Below, piece after piece: positions 9,986-18,641 of a stretch of 32,000 bases of DNA; the first letter of the stretch is position 1; each line of letters starts with the position of its first letter. The notes beneath the pieces are model-generated. The model saw nothing but the letters and a program-made list of their open reading frames with translations. It did not search any database and had not been told where the DNA came from. The position numbers and the translations under genes are program-made. Source of the DNA: Formosa sp. Hel1_33_131 (GTDB taxonomy: Bacteria; Bacteroidota; Bacteroidia; Flavobacteriales; Flavobacteriaceae); contig NZ_CP017260.1 in the NCBI RefSeq assembly GCF_001735745.1, positions 1,950,001 to 1,982,000 on the forward strand, written 5' to 3'.

Positions 9986-10014
9986 CAAAAGTAAGTTTTT
10001 TGAAATTGATACAA
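9986..10014 (-). promoter_or_regulatory. candidate Bacteroidota sigma-A promoter for the MBL-rhodanese gene
   Basis: The minus strand reads TTG, an 18-nt spacer, then TACTTTTG, which matches TAnnTTTG. The -7 box ends 26 nt upstream of the ATG at 9959. Confidence 0.4.
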
Positions 10015-10020
10015 TATTCT

Positions 10021-10050
10021 TTTGATAAAAAGATTATTAGCTTATATTTG
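10021..10050 (+). promoter_or_regulatory. candidate Bacteroidota sigma-A promoter for tRNA-Arg
   Basis: TTTG lies at 10021-10024. TATATTTG at 10043-10050 matches TAnnTTTG and sits 12 nt upstream of tRNA position 1. Confidence 0.45.
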
Positions 10051-10062
10051 CACCCTCAAAAT

Positions 10063-10136
10063 GGCCTCGTAGCATAACTGAATAGTGCACTTGATTACGG
10101 CTCAAGAGGTTGCAAGTTTGAATCTTGCCGAGGTCA
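10063..10136 (+). tRNA. tRNA-Arg (anticodon ACG)
   Basis: Manual cloverleaf gives a 7-bp acceptor stem GGCCTCG/CGAGGTC (one G-U). The D arm is GCAT-AACTGAATA-GTGC. The anticodon arm is CTTGA-TTACGGC-TCAAG, the variable loop is AGGTT, and the T arm is GCAAG-TTTGAAT-CTTGC. The discriminator is A and CCA is not encoded. Confidence 0.85.
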
Positions 10137-10150
10137 CAAAGCCAAAAATA

Positions 10151-10192
10151 AGCGAAGTATTTAACAGTCAAAAAGCTGTTAACTGCTTCGCT
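10151..10192. repeat. imperfect 42-bp inverted repeat between the tRNA and int
   Basis: It reads AGCGAAG-tat-TTAACAG-tcaaaaag-CTGTTAA-ctg-CTTCGCT: two 7-bp helices separated by a 3x3 internal loop. No U-tract follows. Confidence 0.6.
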
Positions 10193-10258
10193 CTTACTGG
10201 TTTACGGATAACCTTAAAACGCTTATATATATGTATTATTTTGAAAACCCGACAAGTT

Positions 10259-10282
10259 TTGTCCCACAAATTGTCCCACAAA
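10259..10282 (+). promoter_or_regulatory. perfect 12-bp tandem direct repeat (TTGTCCCACAAA x2) abutting the int start codon
   Basis: Read directly from the sequence. Each unit is itself a TTGT-N3-ACAA palindrome. The repeat ends 2 nt before the ATG at 10285. Confidence 0.5.
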
Positions 10283-10284
10283 AG

Positions 10285-11448
10285 ATGAATGGGAAACTTT
10301 CATACAAAATCAGAATTAAGGACGATTACATCCGGGAGGATGGAACCAGCGCTCTTTTTTTAAGTATTTATTACAATGGTAAGCGCAAACGGTTACCATT
10401 AGACATAGCCGTTCCTGTGGCTTCATTCGATACCAAAACACAACGCGTAAAAAAGAATTTTAAATTTTCGTTAGATTATAATTTAATCATAGAAAAAACA
10501 CTTGCGGATCTCAATGCAATTGAAGTGAGCTATCGATTAAGCAACGAAAGAATTTCTCTGGTGAAGGTTCTGGAAGATTTGCAAAACCCATCACTCCGGG
10601 TTGACTTTAATTTATTTGCAGAAAAAACCTTGGAATTTCAATTTGAAAATAAAATAATTAGTCCAACAACCTATCGTCAACAAAAGGGATGCCTAAATAA
10701 AATCAAACGATACAAATCACCGTTATTGTTTATAGACATTGACCAAGCTTTTTTGGATCGGTTTAAAAGCTACCTAAAAAATACGCTAAAAAATAAGCCA
10801 ACAACCGTTGAAAGTACGATTAAGAATTTCAAAAAATTTCTACACAAAGCCAATACTGCAAACATTAAGACGGAGCTAAAATTCAGCGATATTCAAGTAA
10901 AATCAATGGTTGGGGACTTTGTTTTTTTATTGCCCGATGAAGTCAAAAAATTACATGATTTTTATGGCTCACCGTTTATCAATGGGACATGGAAGCATAT
11001 TTTGCAGCGTTATTTATTCAGTTGCTTTACAGGATTGCGAATTGGAGACATTGAAAAAATCACGGAAGACAATTTTTTAGAAGACTATTTAGTTTACACC
11101 GCTCAAAAAACGGGAAAAATCACAAGACAGAAATTAAACCAGACAGCCTTAAACCTCATTGAAATGCCACAAGTATTTGAAGGAGCCTACACCCGAGAGC
11201 ATATCAATAGAGAGTTGAAAAACATTGCGAAAGTGTGTGGCATTAAAAAAAGATTGCACTACCATAGCAGCCGCCATACGTTCGCAACTAATTTTTTGAT
11301 CCAAGGAGGGCAAATCCAAAACCTTCAACAATTATTAAATCACTCGAGTATTGAAACGACCATGATTTACACGCACGTAGTTGAAAGCATGATGAATGAC
11401 GATCTCCGACTGATGGATGGGATTTTAAAAGAAACGGGTCCAGTCTAA
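10285..11448 (+). CDS. int: tyrosine recombinase / phage integrase (Bacteroidota type with N-terminal arm-binding domain)
   Basis: Catalytic motifs are GLRIGDI (Arg), HSSRHTFAT (H-x-x-R) and LLNHSSIETTMIYTHV (His/Tyr). The tracked ORF starts at 10231. The ATG at 10285 (MNGKLSYKIR...) is preferred because the upstream codons are the tandem repeat. Confidence 0.9.
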   Translation: MNGKLSYKIRIKDDYIREDGTSALFLSIYYNGKRKRLPLDIAVPVASFDTKTQRVKKNFKFSLDYNLIIEKTLADLNAIEVSYRLSNERISLVKVLEDLQNPSLRVDFNLFAEKTLEFQFENKIISPTTYRQQKGCLNKIKRYKSPLLFIDIDQAFLDRFKSYLKNTLKNKPTTVESTIKNFKKFLHKANTANIKTELKFSDIQVKSMVGDFVFLLPDEVKKLHDFYGSPFINGTWKHILQRYLFSCFTGLRIGDIEKITEDNFLEDYLVYTAQKTGKITRQKLNQTALNLIEMPQVFEGAYTREHINRELKNIAKVCGIKKRLHYHSSRHTFATNFLIQGGQIQNLQQLLNHSSIETTMIYTHVVESMMNDDLRLMDGILKETGPV

Positions 11449-13893
11449 GGAATTGGACGTTTCAACTCCAGCAGTTGCGCTAATTCTCCAAGATCCAGAC
11501 GTAGGAAAAGCAATCTCATGATGTGCAAGCGTGAAATTTGTAATCGTTGAAATTATTGGCGCACCAATTGGAAAACCTGTGGCCAGAGTTATTTTTTGTA
11601 AACTCATCTGAACACTCGTTGGACTTATATCTACAAAAGAAATAGTAAATTTTCCTGAAGGTGCTACAATTTCAGTTATATCTAACTTAGTCAAAACAAT
11701 ACGATTCACTGGTGGATTACTGGTGTTATCAGTCACAGTCACCGTTAAATCTTCAGTGCTTGACATCCCTTCAGAATTGGTGACTGTAATTCTCACTACG
11801 TAATCACCATCTAAATTGAACAATCCCGTGTTTGAAAACACAAGAATGGAATCGTCTGAATTTTCAGAAGATAAAGACGGAGTCGGTGACGATGTAGGAG
11901 AACTTATTAATTCCCAAGCATAAGACAAATCGAGACCTTGCGGATCTGTACTACCATTAGCATATATTTTAGTTAAAAAATAAGGTGGATTCGAAACCAC
12001 GGCTGGATTTACTGACGTTGAAAAACTAGTCTCATGCGGCAATTGTCCACTAACATTCGATGCGGCGGTGGTTTTAATTACTGGAGGTAAAAAAGTCTGA
12101 ACGGCCGGGGCTTTATTATTCAACTTAAAGAGTTTTAAATTTATTTTTTCAAACAACGAATTTATGTTTACTCGTTTCAAAGAGTGAATTAAAAAATTGT
12201 TATTATAAATCCAAAGCTTGCGCTCCAAGTCTAATTGACAAGACAGGTATAAAGGTAAATTGATCGTTAAATTATACTCTTCAGAATTTAATTTTTGAAA
12301 CATCCAATTTTTAAGAAATAGATCAATAAAACCTTTACGAGAATAAGAAACACCTGCATCAATAACTAAGGGATTTGCATTTGTATTGGCTTTAAAAAAC
12401 AACATTGAAAGTCCTTCCTGATGCGACACATTTGGAACACCATTTACATAGGACGTTTTGAGCGGCTCTATGGGAATTGAATACTCTTTAAAGTCAGTGG
12501 CCGATTCAATATAATTTCCTTCCTTATCAAAATATAAGACTTCATCATCTGCAAATGAAATTTTATAGCCAATGGATTTGTTTAATTTTCTAGGCACTAA
12601 TGTCTGACCGTACTCAGACAGATCCAACGACGGTTTATTAGCAATAAAATTATTAAACAGACTAAAATTAACATTTTTTGAAGGTGGATCAAATACAGAA
12701 CCAATGTTTATCGATTTTTCTAAAGCAATTATAAAACTACCTACCGAAATATCTGGAAGCAAATCACTTTTAGAAATTATATTTTCATACAAAGGTCGCT
12801 TTGTTCCATTCAATTCATAATCTCCTTTTATAGTAGGCTTGACAGATGCAATACAAACAACTTTTATTTGTAGAAAACTTCCTATTTGATTCTTATCAAC
12901 ATCAAATTCGAATTCTAAAGTTCTATTAAAATTAATTTCCGTGTTATCCGTTGATGAATTGATAATTTGAACCTGTTTGATGACATTATTAAATAAACAA
13001 GTGACACGAAATGAACCGCCATTAACATTCGGCAACACGCCTTCGATATTTATTTTTGTAGCAAAAGAACCATAACTGGTCATCTCAATATTTTCAGAAT
13101 ATTCATTATGTGTTACAGCAGAACCGGAAAGCACATTGGATTGTGTCAACGAAAGATTTAAGGAGTCACTTATAGAAGTATCTTCATTTGTGTAAAAAAC
13201 TGAAGTTTGATTGTACAGCAAACACTTTTCAAGACTCGCATTGGTTATAAAGTCCCCAGAAATTGTATAACCAATTTCATCAAAAATACCTTTTAAAATT
13301 TCCCTTAAATACATGAAGGGCCTAATCTCATTCATTTTATAAAAACGAACAGGCAAATTGAAAGGATTTGGAAACGTCTCAGAAAAATCACCCCCAACAA
13401 CTTCATTTATATAACCAGTGTGCGACCCAAAACCATAGTCTTTATATAATTCTGGAGCATAAATTCTTGGAAAATTAACCTTAGTTTCAGGATAATCTTT
13501 TGCGATGGTTTGTTTTGCATAATCAAAAATACTATCCCCTACATCAATTGTGCCCCAAGGTAAATCCCTGAGGTTTTTATCAAAAATAGTCAGATTATCA
13601 GCCTTGTAATAAAATACGGCTTCAATTTCTTTAGCAATCCGAATCACCATCAACTCAGCATCGTAAAACTTGTCATTTCTAAACAGGATTCCTTTGACAT
13701 ATTTATTAGACTCCGTACTGTTATGAGATTCGATAAAATCAAAGAACGATAAAAAACTGCGCTCTCGTGGAACCTTAAACGGGAACGACTGTTGTTTGAT
13801 TATGTCCTTTTCAAAAAAAGAATTTTCTTCAGAGAACTTAATATTTAGATGCGAAAGATTGAGTCTAAAAAGGTCGGTAGTAAATATCGTCAT
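11425..13893 (-). CDS. tail tip / baseplate protein (Tal-position) with a C-terminal PKD-like and Ig-like region
   Basis: It is the second gene after the tape measure. At 822 aa, it has a PKD-like segment, DLSYAWELISSP...GDYVVRITVTNSEGMSSTEDLTVTVTD, preceded by an S/P/T-rich linker. The function is inferred from position. Confidence 0.45.
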   Translation of the reverse strand: MTIFTTDLFRLNLSHLNIKFSEENSFFEKDIIKQQSFPFKVPRERSFLSFFDFIESHNSTESNKYVKGILFRNDKFYDAELMVIRIAKEIEAVFYYKADNLTIFDKNLRDLPWGTIDVGDSIFDYAKQTIAKDYPETKVNFPRIYAPELYKDYGFGSHTGYINEVVGGDFSETFPNPFNLPVRFYKMNEIRPFMYLREILKGIFDEIGYTISGDFITNASLEKCLLYNQTSVFYTNEDTSISDSLNLSLTQSNVLSGSAVTHNEYSENIEMTSYGSFATKINIEGVLPNVNGGSFRVTCLFNNVIKQVQIINSSTDNTEINFNRTLEFEFDVDKNQIGSFLQIKVVCIASVKPTIKGDYELNGTKRPLYENIISKSDLLPDISVGSFIIALEKSINIGSVFDPPSKNVNFSLFNNFIANKPSLDLSEYGQTLVPRKLNKSIGYKISFADDEVLYFDKEGNYIESATDFKEYSIPIEPLKTSYVNGVPNVSHQEGLSMLFFKANTNANPLVIDAGVSYSRKGFIDLFLKNWMFQKLNSEEYNLTINLPLYLSCQLDLERKLWIYNNNFLIHSLKRVNINSLFEKINLKLFKLNNKAPAVQTFLPPVIKTTAASNVSGQLPHETSFSTSVNPAVVSNPPYFLTKIYANGSTDPQGLDLSYAWELISSPTSSPTPSLSSENSDDSILVFSNTGLFNLDGDYVVRITVTNSEGMSSTEDLTVTVTDNTSNPPVNRIVLTKLDITEIVAPSGKFTISFVDISPTSVQMSLQKITLATGFPIGAPIISTITNFTLAHHEIAFPTSGSWRISATAGVETSNSLDWTRFF

Positions 13894-14932
13894 TTTCTGA
13901 AAGTTTGAATTTTAAAGTTTCGTTGTTTAAGTAATAATCCGATTTGAACGGCTTTATTTTTTGCGCGCTACTTAGTATAATTCTTTTAAAACCACTATCA
14001 AAAATATACCGATTGAAGGATTTTAAAAGAGACCTAAGCATCTCATATTTACTATCATCACGCATATAGCCAGTATTGATGGCGTACATTTTTTTTATCT
14101 CAATTTTCGTAGGTGTCAAGCTTACTTTTTTGTTATTTGAGTGTCTAAAAACAGATTCCTTGTATTGCTCGTCGGTTTGGAGTTCTCCGGTTAATTCCAT
14201 AACGGACAGGGTTCCAAACTCGTTTTGATAAGCAATCAAATTGTGATCAATGCCTTCATACTGAATATTAAACGTTCCTAATTCAGCGTAGCTATTAGAT
14301 CCAAAATTTAACCTTAACAACAAAGAATCGGAAGCCCCACTCTTTATTTTTTCAACAGGAACCGTCAACGTGTGCAATTTTTTAGAAGACGTGACGGTTG
14401 GCAGTGTTTTAATTGAACTGGTCACGCCATCGTTAACGGTGAGGGTGTCCGGAAGTGTCAAGGACAGAAACGTAAACGATAACATGCCATTTTCAGACAC
14501 ATAATTGGATTGATTTGAAGGCAATGTGTATATATTTCCACTAGTTAAAGCGCTTTGGCTTACGGTAACGAAGTTTCCAAGAACCATATAAAAAGTAGAT
14601 ACGTGAGCACTAACCGAAACGGTTGCCTTCATTTCTGAAAGTTCCATTTTCACCGTTGCAAGATCGTAACTATTAATTTTATAATCGTTCACAAAAAAAC
14701 TAGGGACAGAAAATTTTTGAGTGATAATACTGTGAATGTAATTTTCAATATACAATTCAGCTTTGTTCTGGAAAAATGGAACTTCAAACGTATGTATCCA
14801 TTGTTCTCCGTTAAAATTAACGGTCAGTTTTACAGACAAAAAAGTATCTGTATCAGTAGTCGTGGCTTTTATTTTGAAACCCTTAGAAGTTCCGTAAATG
14901 TTTGCTGCTGTATAATCTCCGGTATATATCAT
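13865..14932 (-). CDS. distal tail protein-like (Dit-position) protein
   Basis: It lies immediately downstream of the tape measure with an ATGA overlap. It is beta-rich and 355 aa. The call rests on position only. Confidence 0.4.
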   Translation of the reverse strand: MIYTGDYTAANIYGTSKGFKIKATTTDTDTFLSVKLTVNFNGEQWIHTFEVPFFQNKAELYIENYIHSIITQKFSVPSFFVNDYKINSYDLATVKMELSEMKATVSVSAHVSTFYMVLGNFVTVSQSALTSGNIYTLPSNQSNYVSENGMLSFTFLSLTLPDTLTVNDGVTSSIKTLPTVTSSKKLHTLTVPVEKIKSGASDSLLLRLNFGSNSYAELGTFNIQYEGIDHNLIAYQNEFGTLSVMELTGELQTDEQYKESVFRHSNNKKVSLTPTKIEIKKMYAINTGYMRDDSKYEMLRSLLKSFNRYIFDSGFKRIILSSAQKIKPFKSDYYLNNETLKFKLSENDDIYYRPF

Positions 14933-17706
14933 GAGTGACGTGTATTTTCAAAAATTTCGTTGTGCTCCTGGTCTATTTCTTTGCGCTCTATAAAGTCGTC
15001 ATAATCGCGAACGGTGTAGGCTTTGATGCCTTCATCTAGTTTTGCAGAAAACTTTTCAAGCATTTGCATCAACGCAAAATTCATAGCGTTTGGATCGGCG
15101 GTTTCGGTGTCTGTTTCTGTGGCGGTTTCAATAGAGGATGGCTCAGACGTATTGCCGCCATCAAAAAATTGCCCCATTTCTTTTTTACGTTCTTTCTCTA
15201 GCCAATTAATCGTAGGAGCATAGCGTGGGCTTTTGTTCATCCATTCTGGAGCGACCCACTCGTTCTCATGAACAACACCTGTCACCGCGCCAAACTCATC
15301 CTTATAAATGGCTTTGTCGCCTGTGGGACCACCGTCGTAGAAGCCTGTGCCAGTCCCTTTTATAACACCGACAGATTTTAATCCACTAGCCAAAACAACC
15401 CCGGTACTTACCACCTTTGCAGCCGTGCCAAAAGGTTCTGGAAGTATTGATTTTGCACGCCAAACCTCCGTAACCCCTTGATAGGTGTTAATGGTGGCTT
15501 GTGCAATTGCCGCGGCTTTACCTGCTGCGGTGTTCTCTCCTAGTAATTGAGCAATATTGCCAAACAGATCTGCATAGGCTTGACGACGTTCATTAATAGT
15601 TGCTTTTTCCTGTTCAGCACCATCTTTATTGGCTTTTTCGCGTTGCTTATCAAATACTTTTGTGGCCGCAGCTTTTTTTAGAGCAAATTGAGTTTCTAAG
15701 GCTGCTATTTGCGATGCAGTCGCATTTTTGAGCTTATATTCTTTTAATAGTTTATTTTTTTCAATTTCTAATAAAACGTTTGCAACATATTGAGCCTTAT
15801 CAATTACAGCCAACTGACGTTCTTCTTCAGTCGTGGCTTTTTCAATTTCTAATTCTAATTTTGCCTCGTCTTCTAAAAGCTTATTCTCTGCCTTAATAGC
15901 GTCCAACTCCTCTTTAAATTCTGCATCCCTTTGAATTTTTAACTCTTGTTTTTCCCGGGCTTTTTGGTCGTCCAATTCGGTCAGAGCATCTTCGCGTGCA
16001 GCTAATTCAGTTACAGAAAGTGCCTTTTTCTCTTCTTCGGATAGAATAAATTTTTCTTTGAGTCTGGCGTATTTTTGATCTATGGCCAACAACTCTTTTT
16101 CAATGCCTTGTTTTTGGTTGAGAAGACGGTCTTCATTTCCTTTTTTAATAAGGTCATTGAGTTCCTTTTGACCTTTTTTGTAAAGGTCTTTTAGAGTGGC
16201 AATTCGCTTTTTTTCTTCTTCAGTTAAATCGGATTCATTACCAGTGGGTGTTACGCCTTCACCGCCTTCGGTGTATGTTGGAGTCACCACAAACTCACTG
16301 GCTTTTTCATCTAAAGCCTGAAGCTCTTCACTAATTTTGGCTTGTTTTTCTTTTAAAGAATTTATTTCATTCAATTTTCCACCAATAGAAATCAACGTTT
16401 TCAAATGATCGCTTGTCGCTCCTACTATTTTATTACCGCCCTCATTATTGTAAAACTCCAAAATATCCGCATCTGTTTTAGCTATTTCAACTTTACTTTT
16501 GACACGTAATTCTCCTATTTCCTTATTGAGTTCGTATTCTTTTCTAAATGCTTCGACGCCTTCTTTTTGTTTGTCTGCGGAGATTTCTTTTAGTGCTTCT
16601 AACTTTATACGTTCTCGGTATTCGATATTAACCTCCTTCAATCGATCCCGTAACTGTTTGTTGGTTACTTTTTCAATATCTAAATTTTTTAAGAAATTAG
16701 GATATTTAGTTTGCAACTCATTAATTAAAGTTTGTCTTATTTTTTGCGATTGATTGGCTCTTGTAATTGCAGTCACCAAAGAATTAGTTTCAAATTGCTG
16801 CTGGCGCAATTTCTCACTGAAACGATCAGCAGGCGCAATAGCATCTAAAAAAGATGCTCCGGCACTTTTAATATCTTTTATAAGCCCGGACTTCAATGCT
16901 AATTTACCGATTCTGAGCTGCAAATTCTCTAAAGATACATTCCATTTTAAACTGGAATTGGCGGCATCGTCTAAGATGCTCCCGGCACTGGTCAATTCTT
17001 TTTTGGCAATATTAGCAACCGCTTGTACAAAGTTGGGCGTTTTTTCTAGCTCTGCATTCAAATCTTTTTGAGAGATCCCAAGATTGTCAATTCGCAACTT
17101 CGATTCTTTGGACAGCCCCTCAACTAAACTATTGAGCATTCCGTCAAAGTTTTCACCAGTTTGGGCCGCTCTGGTAGATACAAACTCCAACAATTCTGGA
17201 AAGGGCTCCATGTCTATTTTGAAGTTTTTGAAGACATTGGCGGCTTTTTTAATGTCCAAATTCGTAATTAATCCACGAGTTGCGGTACGAGCGCGCTCCA
17301 ATATTTCTGAACTGCCTTCGATTTGTTTAAACGCAAATTCAACCCCTTTGGCTTCTTCTGCCAATTGGATGGATTCGTTCACAAATTCTCGGGCTGCCCT
17401 GAACCCGGCTTTTAAAACGTCTGCAATAATGAAACCACCGGCAAATGCTTTGACATAACCCAGGACGCTTGTTTTTCCGTCCTTTAGCGTTTTGTTAACG
17501 CCATATATTTCTGTTTTTACTTTCCCATAGGCTTTGCCTAGTTTGTCTAGCTCAGCTTTGTATTTTTTGATGTCTTTAGGATCGTTGGCTTCTTTGAGTT
17601 TCTTTTTTATGATCCCTATTTCACGACCAATACCGCCAAGACTGTTTTTGATTTCTTTTCCATTGATGAAGATGGACAGTTGTCGGGTTATTTTTTTATC
17701 TGCCAT
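14929..17706 (-). CDS. tail tape measure protein
   Basis: The protein is 925 aa with a long E/K-rich coiled-coil centre. The C-terminal block AQATINTYQGVTEVW...GFYDGGPTG...GVVHENEWVAPEWM is typical of tape measure proteins. At 1.5 A per residue this implies a tail of roughly 140 nm (inference). Confidence 0.85.
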   Translation of the reverse strand: MADKKITRQLSIFINGKEIKNSLGGIGREIGIIKKKLKEANDPKDIKKYKAELDKLGKAYGKVKTEIYGVNKTLKDGKTSVLGYVKAFAGGFIIADVLKAGFRAAREFVNESIQLAEEAKGVEFAFKQIEGSSEILERARTATRGLITNLDIKKAANVFKNFKIDMEPFPELLEFVSTRAAQTGENFDGMLNSLVEGLSKESKLRIDNLGISQKDLNAELEKTPNFVQAVANIAKKELTSAGSILDDAANSSLKWNVSLENLQLRIGKLALKSGLIKDIKSAGASFLDAIAPADRFSEKLRQQQFETNSLVTAITRANQSQKIRQTLINELQTKYPNFLKNLDIEKVTNKQLRDRLKEVNIEYRERIKLEALKEISADKQKEGVEAFRKEYELNKEIGELRVKSKVEIAKTDADILEFYNNEGGNKIVGATSDHLKTLISIGGKLNEINSLKEKQAKISEELQALDEKASEFVVTPTYTEGGEGVTPTGNESDLTEEEKKRIATLKDLYKKGQKELNDLIKKGNEDRLLNQKQGIEKELLAIDQKYARLKEKFILSEEEKKALSVTELAAREDALTELDDQKAREKQELKIQRDAEFKEELDAIKAENKLLEDEAKLELEIEKATTEEERQLAVIDKAQYVANVLLEIEKNKLLKEYKLKNATASQIAALETQFALKKAAATKVFDKQREKANKDGAEQEKATINERRQAYADLFGNIAQLLGENTAAGKAAAIAQATINTYQGVTEVWRAKSILPEPFGTAAKVVSTGVVLASGLKSVGVIKGTGTGFYDGGPTGDKAIYKDEFGAVTGVVHENEWVAPEWMNKSPRYAPTINWLEKERKKEMGQFFDGGNTSEPSSIETATETDTETADPNAMNFALMQMLEKFSAKLDEGIKAYTVRDYDDFIERKEIDQEHNEIFENTRHS

Positions 17707-18080
17707 TAGAAATTGATTTTAGAAATGACTTCATCGCCTCGTATGTTTCCGATTTCGGTGGCCAGAGTTTCCAAGGCATTGTTAGCCTCCATAGCTTCAG
17801 ACAAAAAGCCTTGATTGCTTAGAAGTCGCATTTTGATTCCGTTGGATTTTACGCCCTCAAATCCAAAATGATTTTTGAAGCCGTAATGTGGCATCTTAAT
17901 GATTAATCGTTGGAGTTCGGGGCCGTTCATTCTGCCAAGCACCGTGCTTTTTAAAAGTGCGCTGTTCCCGGACGTGGTTTCAAATCTGTTTTTTATAAGA
18001 TTTTTTAGCGACTTGCGAAGTAGCAACGCTGCTTTTTGTCCGGCTTGTTTTTCTAGTTGTGCAAAATTTGTGACTCCCAT
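17706..18080 (-). CDS. hypothetical tail-module protein (124 aa), first gene of the tape measure operon
   Basis: The ORF has a TAATG junction with the tape measure gene. It follows a terminator and the conserved motif. I recognise no family. Confidence 0.6.
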   Translation of the reverse strand: MGVTNFAQLEKQAGQKAALLLRKSLKNLIKNRFETTSGNSALLKSTVLGRMNGPELQRLIIKMPHYGFKNHFGFEGVKSNGIKMRLLSNQGFLSEAMEANNALETLATEIGNIRGDEVISKINF

Positions 18081-18116
18081 TCCTACTAATTTACCGGCAA
18101 TTTAGCACGCCCCCCA

Positions 18117-18136
18117 TTTTTAGAATAGGACATAAA
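18117..18136 (-). promoter_or_regulatory. conserved prophage motif, copy 1 (minus strand TTTATGTCCTATTCTAAAAA)
   Basis: It is one of three near-identical 20-mers and matches the other two at 19 of 20 positions. It sits 36 nt upstream of the ATG at 18080. Confidence 0.5.
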
Positions 18137-18161
18137 AAAACCGCTACGTTAACAGCGGTTT
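18134..18161 (-). terminator. rho-independent terminator after the 61-aa gene A
   Basis: The minus strand reads AAACCGCT-gttaacgt-AGCGGTTT followed by a run of Us. It begins 8 nt after the stop at 18169. Confidence 0.55.
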
Positions 18162-18168
18162 AAAAAAT

Positions 18169-18354
18169 TTAATTTAAACAAAAGCGGTATATTTTTTTGG
18201 GGTTTTTAATGCCGTTGTTTTTTTCAAATTTGTACTGGTGGGAACTGCATTCAAAGAAAAATAGCATCGCTTCGGACGATAGTTTTTTTTGTTTGTGCAA
18301 GGCTTTGAGCTCTTCATAAGCCACGGCTCGGAAATGTTCGTGTAAACTACCCAT
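18169..18354 (-). CDS. small conserved hypothetical protein, paralog A (61 aa)
   Basis: It is a paralog of 19596..19781. They share HEHF..AYEELKALHK..KLSSEAMLFFFECS.HQY.FEK...FCLN. Its start overlaps the end of the 93-aa ORF by 8 nt. Confidence 0.65.
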   Translation of the reverse strand: MGSLHEHFRAVAYEELKALHKQKKLSSEAMLFFFECSSHQYKFEKNNGIKNPKKIYRFCLN

Positions 18355-18628
18355 GTTTTTCGGTTTTTGAGGTTTGTAATTTAATTAATTTTACGACCAG
18401 AAAAATAAGGGTTTCAAATCTTCTGACAGAATCAAAGATTTGTGATTTTGCTTCCATGAACTCCTCTTTGTTGACAGCGTAGTTGGTTTCGTCCTCTGCC
18501 TTTAGCACATAGGCCGTGTGGGCATCCTGAAGCACCTCCAATAGGTATGGGAGGTTTTCGGTTTTTAGGAATTTTTTGAATTCAGCCTCAGCTGTTAAGG
18601 GTTCTTGTTCTGTTTCGTTTGATAACAT
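18347..18628 (-). CDS. hypothetical acidic protein (93 aa)
   Basis: The ORF has an acidic N-terminal 60 aa and a hydrophobic C-terminal stretch, LIFLVVKLIKL. I recognise no family. Confidence 0.55.
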   Translation of the reverse strand: MLSNETEQEPLTAEAEFKKFLKTENLPYLLEVLQDAHTAYVLKAEDETNYAVNKEEFMEAKSQIFDSVRRFETLIFLVVKLIKLQTSKTEKHG

Positions 18629-18641
18629 AATAGAAAGGATT

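Noticed and set aside
10085-10288. A 67-aa plus-strand ORF starts inside the tRNA
   Set aside because: It overlaps the tRNA-Arg and the att/int regulatory region. The tRNA cloverleaf explains the sequence better.
16499-17458. Three plus-strand ORFs (84, 105 and 124 aa), and others at 15023-15223 and 17534-17716, lie antisense to the tape measure gene
   Set aside because: They lie entirely inside the 925-aa tape measure gene. Their S/F/L-rich low-complexity products are what the complement of E/K/A-rich coiled-coil codons gives. They have no independent signals.
18169-18628. The 93-aa and 61-aa ORFs as a gpG/gpGT-type tail assembly chaperone pair joined by a programmed -1 frameshift
   Set aside because: The 61-aa frame is +1 (not -1) relative to the 93-aa frame. 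No X-XXY-YYZ slippery heptamer is present at the junction (ACC GAA AAA CAT GGG TAG). The 61-aa ORF has its own ATG, and a terminator, a promoter-like motif and a 124-aa gene separate the pair from the tape measure gene. I keep it only as an alternative explanation in the island finding.
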